From positions 1 to 26,190 of the IMG/VR virus record IMGVR_UViG_3300017760_000070: a DNA stretch of 26,190 nt; one strand, given 5' to 3'. This DNA is from a virus. Taxonomy: Duplodnaviria; Caudoviricetes. The translations under genes and the position numbers were made by a program. The notes below the pieces were generated by a model. That model did not search any database. It had not been told where the DNA came from and saw only the letters and a list, made by a program, of their open reading frames with translations. The first letter of the stretch is position 1; every line of letters starts with the position of its first letter. Of the stretch, positions 1-6,961 are shown in pieces.

Positions 1-158
1 GGGGAAACTCAACCAATCAAGAGGGTAAAAATAATCCTCATCTTGAGATATGTAATCCCTATAAACCTAAACAAAATACACAAGTTAATGATATTAACTA
101 TCCCACAAAGGCACAAGTCCAAGAAGATAATTTTCTTGATGATGACATGCCAAATTAG
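1..158 (+). CDS. 3' end of a putative single-stranded DNA-binding protein (partial)
   Basis: Frame 3 is open from the window edge to TAG 156-158. It ends in a Q/N/P-rich linker and acidic tail QEDNFLDDDMPN, resembling the SSB C-terminal DDDIPF tail. Confidence 0.5.
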   Translation, partial: GNSTNQEGKNNPHLEICNPYKPKQNTQVNDINYPTKAQVQEDNFLDDDMPN

Positions 159-168
159 TATAGTGATA

Positions 169-236
169 TGGGGAAACCTTTTATTAAATTAGAAAACAAA
201 TATATGTTGTATGCGAACATTTTGTTGGTTTCCCTA
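169..236 (+). other. Nested stem-loop (putative structured RNA leader)
   Basis: GGGAAACC 171-178 pairs with GGTTTCCC 227-234; AACAAA 195-200 with TTTGTT 221-226; ATGTT 204-208 with AACAT 216-220. Confidence 0.5.
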
Positions 237-248
237 CAAACTAAACTT

Positions 249-410
249 ATGGTTGTTATAAAATACTTGATAAAACTGTGGAATTATGATAGTGGGGTTT
301 ATATTACTTCTCTTGAATGGGAGAGTGATAAAAAAGTTGAACTCTTTATATCAGAGGTTTCAAAAAGTTTGCCGAGTGGTATAAGGGCAACCATAGAGGA
401 AATATGTTAA
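249..410 (+). CDS. Hypothetical phage protein (about 53 aa; ORF track starts at 168)
   Basis: In-frame ATG at 249 lies just after the stem-loop. The stop overlaps the next gene start. Confidence 0.55.
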   Translation: MVVIKYLIKLWNYDSGVYITSLEWESDKKVELFISEVSKSLPSGIRATIEEIC

Positions 411-586
411 ACGACGAAATGAGAAAACTCGTTGGTACTTTGGACAAAACTCATAAGCAATTTGTTTCAAAGGTTGTTTCAAGTGGTGGTATTAATCTTG
501 AAGCAAGTAAGTTGGGTAGAGAATACAAAGATATCCAGCGAGAAATGATTATAGTTGATATAGTACAAGAAAAGAAAAAATATTAA
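404..586 (+). CDS. Hypothetical phage protein, 60 aa
   Basis: SD-like GAGGA upstream of ATG 404; overlaps the previous ORF. Confidence 0.65.
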   Translation: MLNDEMRKLVGTLDKTHKQFVSKVVSSGGINLEASKLGREYKDIQREMIIVDIVQEKKKY

Positions 587-681
587 CTGTAATTAGAAAA
601 GATTAGGGAATATTAGAAACTATTAAAATAGTGATTAAGAAAGCTGTACCCTAATTACAAATAACAAAAAAAGGAGATAAA

Positions 682-1038
682 ATGAGTAACCATAAAACAT
701 TTGTATTAAATACAGAAGATACATTTGAAAAACTACAAGAAGCATCAGAAAAAAAAGCAGAAACACTTTTTAGGTACAGAAAGTTAGAAAAATCTGAAAA
801 GATTATTTTGGCTAAACTTAAAGGCGATCTTAGATTAAACAAAGATAAAGTCAGTCAGATTGAATTAACTGATATGGCATATAAAGAACCAAAGTATAAA
901 GAATGGTTGATTGCTTATACACAAGCTGAAAGAGAGTTCAGTCTTGCTAAAGATTATTATAATAATTTAATTTCTTTAAAAGATATGAGAATTACAGAGG
1001 AAAGTTCAGCAAGGTACTTGATTAATAAAAAGATATAG
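682..1038 (+). CDS. Helical/coiled-coil phage protein, possibly UvsY-like recombination mediator
   Basis: Strong SD AAGGAG; charged, apparently all-helical 118 aa protein near an SSB-like gene. The family call is tentative. Confidence 0.6.
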   Translation: MSNHKTFVLNTEDTFEKLQEASEKKAETLFRYRKLEKSEKIILAKLKGDLRLNKDKVSQIELTDMAYKEPKYKEWLIAYTQAEREFSLAKDYYNNLISLKDMRITEESSARYLINKKI

Positions 1039-1148
1039 TGCGTTATATATTTTTGCTTTTATTTGTTTTTTTGGTTTCTTGTAAAAGTTTTGAGTTTGAT
1101 CCTAAAACAAGTATAATTAAAAAAATACTAACAACTAAAAAAAAATAA
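1038..1148 (+). CDS. Small putative lipoprotein, 36 aa (not in ORF track)
   Basis: GTG overlaps the upstream stop (TAGTG). MRYIFLLLFVFLVSC-KSFEFDPKTSIIKKILTTKKK has a basic residue, hydrophobic core and lipobox LVSC. The stop overlaps the next ATG (TAATG). Confidence 0.65.
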   Translation: MRYIFLLLFVFLVSCKSFEFDPKTSIIKKILTTKKK

Positions 1149-1249
1149 TGACCATTGAAGATGGATTAGGAATGCTGCTTATGGGAGTGATTTGCATTTT
1201 TATAGCTGCAATTATTGCCTATTACATAATTAACAGAAATAATGATTAA
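1148..1249 (+). CDS. Small single-pass membrane protein, 33 aa (not in ORF track)
   Basis: MTIEDGLGMLLMGVICIFIAAIIAYYIINRNND; translationally coupled by TAATG. Confidence 0.65.
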   Translation: MTIEDGLGMLLMGVICIFIAAIIAYYIINRNND

Positions 1250-1398
1250 ATAAGCATTCAATATCAACAAATATTAACTGTTTTTTTTTTTTTAAAATAG
1301 TTTATAATAAAAATTAATAAAAAATAATAAATTATACTTTGTAATTTTATATAATTTATTACTAATAAAAAAATTACATAACTAAAAGGAGATTGCTT
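1250..1398 (+). promoter_or_regulatory. Very AT-rich upstream region of the GHKL gene (likely promoter and RBS)
   Basis: T13 run 1281-1293; inverted repeat TGTAATTTT 1340-1348 / AAAATTACA 1370-1378; SD AAGGAG 1386-1391. Confidence 0.45.
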
Positions 1399-2841
1399 AT
1401 GTCAAAATGGTTTGATGTTAGTAAATCTGGATTGAAAAAAATTCAATCCGAAAAAAATAAGTTCTTTATAGTTCAGGAACTTATATCTAATGCTTTTGAT
1501 GAAAAAGTTTCATCTGTGGATATTGAATTATCCCCTTTGAAAAATTCAAGGCATTGGGAACTAATGGTAAGTGATGATAGTCCAGATGGTTTTAAGGACT
1601 TAACTCATGCCTACACTTTGTTTGCAGAATCTTATAAAAAAGGTAATGTAAAACAAAGAGGTAGATTTAATCTAGGAGAAAAATTAGCTTTGGCTATGTT
1701 TCGTTCTGCTAAAATTAAATCAACTAAAGGCACAGTTCTTTTTAATGAAGACGGTACTCGTACCTCATCAGTTAAAAAAACTACATCGGGAACACAATTT
1801 ATTGGTGAAATCAAATTAACAGAATCTGAAATGTCAGATATTGTTAAAAGATGCAATGATATAATTGTTCCTAAAGGAGTTGAATTAAATGTAATGGGTA
1901 ATTCTAAATTTTATGAAATACCTAAATTTACATTTGAAACATCACTGCCAACAATTATAGCTGATGAGGAGGGTAATTTAAAAAACTCTACTCAAAAAAC
2001 TATGGTTGAGATTTATCCTAAGTCTAAAGATAAAGGTTGTATCTTTGAGTTAGGCATTCCTATCGTAGATTGTGATATTGATTACGATATAAATGTCATG
2101 CAAAAAGTTCCTTTAAATAAAGATAGGGATAATGTTCTACCGAGTTATAGAAAAAAACTTTGTGTGGAAGTTCTAAATCGTTGTTATCAAGATTTATCAG
2201 AGGATCAAGTTAAAGATTCTTGGGTAAAAGAAGCACTTGAAAGTGATGATGTTAGTTCTAATGCTACACAAGATGTTTTAACTAAAACTCATGGAGAAGA
2301 TGCAGTAGTATTTGACCCAACTGATCCTGAAGCAAATAAAAAAGCATTTGCTGATGAAAAAAATGTTATTTATAGTAATAACTATAATAAAAATGTTTGG
2401 TTAAATATCAGAAAGGTCAGAGAAAATAGTGGTTTATTTAAACCCTCTGGATCAATCGGTAAATATGCAACTCCTAAATCTTCAGGTGGAGCAGAAGAAC
2501 TACCTTATGAAAAATGGACTGATGGTATGAAGAAAGTTTGTACTTATGCTAAAAGATTGCATACTAAACTTTTTAATAGACCATTAGAATTTATTATTCA
2601 TAATGGTAGAGGTGCTTCGGCTTGTTATGTTAAAGGTACATCAGCTTGTCAAATACAATTCTTTTACAAAGTATTAGGTAAGGATTGGTTTGATTTAGAG
2701 AATAATAAGAAAAGAATTACTAGACTTATTATTCATGAGTTCGGTCACTTTTATTCAGGCGATCATTTAAGCGAAAATTATTATGATGGCTTATGTGATA
2801 TAGGTGCTGAAATGTATCTTGGCTTTCCCAATCAAGAATAG
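1399..2841 (+). CDS. GHKL (Hsp90/MutL/MORC-like) ATPase with C-terminal HEXXH zinc-metallopeptidase motif
   Basis: N-box QELISNAFD, G1 VSDDSPDG, G2-like RGRFNLGEK, G3 SGTQF; C-terminal LIIHEFGHFYSGDH. ATG 1399 is 7 nt after AAGGAG. Confidence 0.8.
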   Translation: MSKWFDVSKSGLKKIQSEKNKFFIVQELISNAFDEKVSSVDIELSPLKNSRHWELMVSDDSPDGFKDLTHAYTLFAESYKKGNVKQRGRFNLGEKLALAMFRSAKIKSTKGTVLFNEDGTRTSSVKKTTSGTQFIGEIKLTESEMSDIVKRCNDIIVPKGVELNVMGNSKFYEIPKFTFETSLPTIIADEEGNLKNSTQKTMVEIYPKSKDKGCIFELGIPIVDCDIDYDINVMQKVPLNKDRDNVLPSYRKKLCVEVLNRCYQDLSEDQVKDSWVKEALESDDVSSNATQDVLTKTHGEDAVVFDPTDPEANKKAFADEKNVIYSNNYNKNVWLNIRKVRENSGLFKPSGSIGKYATPKSSGGAEELPYEKWTDGMKKVCTYAKRLHTKLFNRPLEFIIHNGRGASACYVKGTSACQIQFFYKVLGKDWFDLENNKKRITRLIIHEFGHFYSGDHLSENYYDGLCDIGAEMYLGFPNQE

Positions 2842-2846
2842 TAAAT

Positions 2847-2882
2847 AAAAAAAACCCCACCGATTTATAAGGGTCGGTGGGG
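2847..2882 (-). terminator. Rho-independent terminator for the - strand transcript (possibly bidirectional)
   Basis: CCCCACCGA 2855-2863 / TCGGTGGGG 2874-2882 stem. A8 at 2847-2854 gives a U-tract on the - strand. It lies between convergent genes. Confidence 0.85.
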
Positions 2883-2940
2883 AGATGACTAATTAACCAA
2901 AGTTTCTAATGAAAAAAACAACTTAATCTATCATATTTAA

Positions 2941-3258
2941 TTAAAAAATGCAATCGTGTAATATGTTCCAAAGATTAGGGTTTTGTTTAAATATCCTAGT
3001 ATAACCATCGCCAACTGCCTTTGCGATAGGTTCTTCCCCCCTCTGATTCACATCTATATTTTCGTTATAACAAATCACATGAAATAATTCGTGTAAGATA
3101 GTATTAAACAATCTTTCATTTTTCATATTCTGATCAAAATAAAGCATTTGTTTATTAGGATCATACAATCCATAACAATCATCTAAACTTTTATAAGTAA
3201 TTTTAATTTTTTTTTTTCTGTACTTTATGAACTTTAAATCAGGATTAACTAAATTCAT
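2941..3258 (-). CDS. Small HEXXH metallopeptidase-like protein (ImmA/IrrE-like fold)
   Basis: YGLYD...LYFD...NTILHELFH...EE pattern. Confidence 0.7.
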   Translation of the reverse strand: MNLVNPDLKFIKYRKKKIKITYKSLDDCYGLYDPNKQMLYFDQNMKNERLFNTILHELFHVICYNENIDVNQRGEEPIAKAVGDGYTRIFKQNPNLWNILHDCIF

Positions 3259-3512
3259 TTTGTATATCTTTCAATAATAGCATTAGTTAATTCTTTAATA
3301 AGTTTTAATGCTTCAGGAAATGTTAATGACTTGGCTACATCATAACCTAACTCGTCGCCAACTTTTAAAATTATATCTCCACTATGTGATTTACCAACTA
3401 TTGCGTATGGTTCTTGATTATCTTTTAATCTAATATCTTCTCTATCATAACAATCAAGTTCTGACTCTCTATCTACTTCTTCGTATATTTCATCAAGACT
3501 TTTTCTTCCCAT
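3255..3512 (-). CDS. Hypothetical acidic protein, 85 aa
   Basis: Overlaps both neighbouring genes, as in an operon. Confidence 0.65.
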   Translation of the reverse strand: MGRKSLDEIYEEVDRESELDCYDREDIRLKDNQEPYAIVGKSHSGDIILKVGDELGYDVAKSLTFPEALKLIKELTNAIIERYTK

Positions 3513-4281
3513 AATCTCTCTCCAAAGTTTCCATAGAAATATTATTTACTTCTTGTATATGATTATCCCAAATTTTTAATTCGCATATTTGATATGTCCA
3601 ACCAGTGAGACTGTGTTTGGCATAACTCTCAATATGATTATGAGGCATAGCACAACCAACATTTATAATTCTTGTAAAGTCATTTTTGATAGGACTAATT
3701 TTTGAAACTCTATTATCTTGTGCTCTATGACTATGACCAAATACAATATCTATCTTTGATTTGTTTGCTACTTGTCTTTCACTAGCTTCGCCACCATATT
3801 CTTTACCCATAGGATTAATTGGTGCGTGTATAAAACCTACACCACCTAACATTAAATATTTTCCATAAGGTATAACTTGCCAATCATATTTCTTGCAGTT
3901 GCCATAAAATTCTTTTTGACACATACCATAAAAAGTTGGATTAGAATCTTCTTTACGAAACATTCTTTTTTCGTGATTACCTAATGTTAAATATTTTTTA
4001 ACTTTATAATCTTTTAAATGATATTGAAATTCTTCCATCGCAGAATCCATTGATTCCATATCTTTCATAAAAATAGGTTTATCAATTTTAGCAGTATAAG
4101 TATCATCACGAATATAATGAGTGCAACTATCTAAAGTCACAAAGTCGCCTATTTGAACTACTGCGTCAGGTTTAATTTTTCTAATGTGTTTAGCAAACCA
4201 ACCGAATCTACTTTTATCAGGAATCTCAGGACTATCGTGTGTATCTCCGATAACTAAAATTTTTAAAATCTTGTTCGCCAT
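3493..4281 (-). CDS. Calcineurin-like metallophosphoesterase
   Basis: Motifs IGDTH, IGDF, LGNHE, FIH, FGHSH. Confidence 0.9.
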   Translation of the reverse strand: MANKILKILVIGDTHDSPEIPDKSRFGWFAKHIRKIKPDAVVQIGDFVTLDSCTHYIRDDTYTAKIDKPIFMKDMESMDSAMEEFQYHLKDYKVKKYLTLGNHEKRMFRKEDSNPTFYGMCQKEFYGNCKKYDWQVIPYGKYLMLGGVGFIHAPINPMGKEYGGEASERQVANKSKIDIVFGHSHRAQDNRVSKISPIKNDFTRIINVGCAMPHNHIESYAKHSLTGWTYQICELKIWDNHIQEVNNISMETLERDYGKKKS

Positions 4282-4288
4282 ACAATTA

Positions 4289-4317
4289 TTAGTAGCATAA
4301 AAAACCTATGGTTGCAA
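4289..4317 (-). promoter_or_regulatory. Putative sigma70-type promoter
   Basis: TTGCAA-17 nt-TACTAA with TG at the extended -10 position. The ATG at 4281 follows after 7 intervening nt, with no SD. Confidence 0.5.
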
Positions 4318-4318
4318 A

Positions 4319-4534
4319 TCAGATGGTTTTAATCGGATTACAACTAAATTTAATATATATATTATGTTTATTTATATCTTCTCTACCTATTTGAATCGTT
4401 TTATTTATTGATTCTTGATAACCAGTCATCATGCAATCATAAGCATCATCAAATTGAGTAGGATAATTTAATGGTGGAATACAAGTATTAGATTCAAACG
4501 AGCATATAACTAAAACTAATGCCCACTTTGTCAT
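4319..4534 (-). CDS. Small Cys-containing protein with hydrophobic N-terminus
   Basis: MTKWALVLVICS..., four Cys; directly downstream of the holin. Confidence 0.65.
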   Translation of the reverse strand: MTKWALVLVICSFESNTCIPPLNYPTQFDDAYDCMMTGYQESINKTIQIGREDINKHNIYIKFSCNPIKTI

Positions 4535-4536
4535 TA

Positions 4537-4929
4537 TTATTTACCTTTTGGTCCACCATTCTTAAATATTTGTGTACCTTTTATGCCAAAAATACTTGCA
4601 ACTACTGTAATCCATAAAGTCTGGAACCATACTGGCAAATTACCGAAGTGATGAAAAAATAATTCTATCTTATCCATCATAGCTGGATCGTCACTGAAGA
4701 CTGCCCATGCGAGTACAATTATTGGGGCTGACAATATTATAAGTACAAATTCATCTTTGTAATCATTCTGTCTAGCTTCTAATAACTTACCTTGATATGC
4801 AGTTTCTCCTCTAGCCATCTTTTCTGCAGTCAAAAGTGCGGCTTGTGACATAGCTTCTTTTTGTTTTTGTTTATTTGAATATACATTAGCACCAGTTTTA
4901 AGTGCCATTTTTGCTAAACTAAACCACAT
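4537..4929 (-). CDS. Putative holin
   Basis: The MWFSLAK start overlaps the endolysin stop (TAATG). Two clear TM segments (EFVLIILSAPIIVLAWAVF; WFQTLWITVVASIFGIKG) resemble 3TM/GTA-type holins. Confidence 0.7.
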   Translation of the reverse strand: MWFSLAKMALKTGANVYSNKQKQKEAMSQAALLTAEKMARGETAYQGKLLEARQNDYKDEFVLIILSAPIIVLAWAVFSDDPAMMDKIELFFHHFGNLPVWFQTLWITVVASIFGIKGTQIFKNGGPKGK

Positions 4930-5417
4930 TATGAACCTACCACCTTTCCATCTTTCCATTCCATATCAGGAAGTCCTTCAGAATATTTCTTTCCATCAAA
5001 TGTCAAGACTTGTTTTCTGTTTGATCCTGCTTCGTGATAACTAATATGTATCCAACCTCCTGCTGGATCAGTTGGATCAAAATACTCCATAATCAATTGA
5101 TCAAAATCAACATTATTTTGTAGCCAGTAAGCTGTCTTAATGTTAGGCACACCAAATATTTCTAGGTCGCAAGCCTGCCCCAGTGCATGCTGTGATGTCT
5201 TTTTGCTTCCGATCGCCTCACATAGTGCTTCACTACGATATCCGCTAGTAATCGTAACTGGTTTATCGAAGTGTGCTCGTAAAGGTTCAAGAACCTCATA
5301 ACACAGATCGCCTAGACTTTTAATTTCACCTGCTCCTGGTGTATTACTAATTCCCTTTCGTTGAGCTACCATTGAAGCGGTCATCTCTTTTAAAGTAAAA
5401 TGTTTGCTTAATTGCAT
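4929..5417 (-). CDS. Endolysin, peptidase M15A-type zinc peptidase
   Basis: LSKHFTLKEM, ITSGYRS, SQH..GQACD and WIHIS motifs. Confidence 0.9.
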   Translation of the reverse strand: MQLSKHFTLKEMTASMVAQRKGISNTPGAGEIKSLGDLCYEVLEPLRAHFDKPVTITSGYRSEALCEAIGSKKTSQHALGQACDLEIFGVPNIKTAYWLQNNVDFDQLIMEYFDPTDPAGGWIHISYHEAGSNRKQVLTFDGKKYSEGLPDMEWKDGKVVGS

Positions 5418-5419
5418 AA

Positions 5420-5638
5420 TTAAATCCTCCCAAATAATTCAATAATTATCGTTCCCATACCTAACACAACCATACCGATCATACCAAGTACAACTTTTTC
5501 TAATCTACACATTTGCAGTTTTAAACTATGTATTTTCTTATTAGTTTCATTCTGCATTATTCTGCATAGTTTTTCATGGTCGTCAATCCTTTGGTGTGCA
5601 TTAGAAGACGAACTACTTATTTTAATTTTTTTAGTCAT
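5420..5638 (-). CDS. Small protein with coiled coil and C-terminal TM helix (XhlA-like lysis accessory)
   Basis: AHQRIDDHEKLC...RLEKVVLGMIGMVVLGMGTIII; upstream of the endolysin. Confidence 0.6.
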   Translation of the reverse strand: MTKKIKISSSSSNAHQRIDDHEKLCRIMQNETNKKIHSLKLQMCRLEKVVLGMIGMVVLGMGTIIIELFGRI

Positions 5639-5763
5639 TATCTACCTTGACCTCTATATTTCTCTTTTTGTTTTGATTTTCTTTTATTAACTCTTTTGCT
5701 GTGGACACCTTTTCTCTTTTTAGGTTTATCTCTATCCTCAAAAGACTTGAATTTTTTTGCCAT
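5638..5763 (-). CDS. Highly basic 41-aa peptide (not in ORF track)
   Basis: MAKKFKSFEDRDKPKKRKGVHSKRVNKRKSKQKEKYRGQGR; SD AAGGA upstream; stop overlaps the next ATG (TAATG). Confidence 0.7.
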   Translation of the reverse strand: MAKKFKSFEDRDKPKKRKGVHSKRVNKRKSKQKEKYRGQGR

Positions 5764-5860
5764 ATATTATCCTTGGGTATATATACCTTATTTATGCTTT
5801 AATCATGCTTAAAACCTCGCTATGAACGATTAAACAGGTATATTTTTATGGTTCTAATTG

Positions 5861-6148
5861 TTATTTAAGTGTTTTTTCTAAATAAAGGATTTGATCCATT
5901 GATTCTTGTTGTGCTTCCTTTACCCATTCTTCAAAGGGTCTATTATTATCTGCCATAGTTTTGCCAAAGTTAGCCATTCCTTGATTGTGTCTATCAATGT
6001 GTTTAGCTATTACTCTATTAACTATCGGATCAGTTGTAATATTGCCTTTTATTGCTTCATTCAATTTTGATTGAATAAATTTTACTAAATTATTTAATCT
6101 TTCTATCTCATTATTCTTTTCAATGATTATTTTATCTTTATCAATCAT
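5861..6148 (-). CDS. Conserved-type helical phage protein, 95 aa
   Basis: C-terminal pattern G..FGKTM...W..EAQQESMD.ILYLEK; overlaps the glycosyltransferase stop. Confidence 0.6.
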   Translation of the reverse strand: MIDKDKIIIEKNNEIERLNNLVKFIQSKLNEAIKGNITTDPIVNRVIAKHIDRHNQGMANFGKTMADNNRPFEEWVKEAQQESMDQILYLEKTLK

Positions 6149-6899
6149 TTTTTCTTTTTAACATAGGTGGTCTTTCATAAACCTTAATACCAATATGTTT
6201 TAATTCGCTAGATATATCAGCCCATATTTCTCCACCACATTGTTGCCATAAGGCACAGAAGTAATAATCCTCGCTTAAATATCTTTTTGTATTATCTTTA
6301 TCCTCTAAAATACCTTGTCCTTGTATTCCACAATCAAAAAAAGCATATTCAGTATCGCCTTTATGACTTGTCATCTTTTCGTTTATTTTAGCAATAACAT
6401 CTGACTTGTATTCTATACTAGGATACTTTTCTTTTATCTTATCAAATACTTCTCTTTTGATACACATGAAGCCAGTACCAGCATAATCACATTTTTTAAA
6501 ACCTTTTTCATTATCAGCAAAATTATATTTGCCAACAGGAAAGTTTAAACACCAACCCATACTAGCATCTCCCTTTTCAATGGGAGTTTCCTTTTTAATT
6601 GGATAAGGTGCACATGTTATTGGTTTGTTAAATAATAACACTCTTATAAAATCATCAGGTTTAAAACTTATATCTGCATCTATAAAAAATAAATGAGTAT
6701 TATCTGATTTTAAAAATTCAGTTACTAATTTGTTTCTTCCTCTTGTTACCAAGCTATCTCTTACCCACATTATACTTACAAAAATACCACTGTTAAGTAA
6801 AATATCTCTAACTGAAATTATAGATGAAATAGTTTCTAAATGTATTTTGGTATCAAAACTAGGAATACAAACTAAAATTTTTATTTCTTCTTTTTTCAT
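6141..6899 (-). CDS. GT-A fold glycosyltransferase (GT2-like)
   Basis: ILVCIP, SLVTRGRN, THLFFIDAD (DxD), GTGFMCIKR and YLSEDYYFC motifs. Confidence 0.85.
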   Translation of the reverse strand: MKKEEIKILVCIPSFDTKIHLETISSIISVRDILLNSGIFVSIMWVRDSLVTRGRNKLVTEFLKSDNTHLFFIDADISFKPDDFIRVLLFNKPITCAPYPIKKETPIEKGDASMGWCLNFPVGKYNFADNEKGFKKCDYAGTGFMCIKREVFDKIKEKYPSIEYKSDVIAKINEKMTSHKGDTEYAFFDCGIQGQGILEDKDNTKRYLSEDYYFCALWQQCGGEIWADISSELKHIGIKVYERPPMLKRKND

Positions 6900-6908
6900 A
6901 ATATTTAA

Positions 6909-6948
6909 AGGAGAGCCAGATTTCTGTGGTGGAGTATCTGACCCTCCT
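6909..6948 (-). promoter_or_regulatory. 13-bp RNA hairpin with CCACCAC in the loop, between oxygenase and glycosyltransferase
   Basis: On the - strand AGGAGGGUCAGAU pairs fully with AUCUGGCUCUCCU through two G-U pairs; these are mismatches on the + strand. Confidence 0.65.
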
Positions 6949-6961
6949 CTTTCAAAACTGA

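Noticed and set aside
6924-6932. Chi-like site (CTGTGGTGG)
   Set aside because: It is not an exact match to E. coli Chi (GCTGGTGG), the host Chi is unknown, and it is better explained as the hairpin loop.
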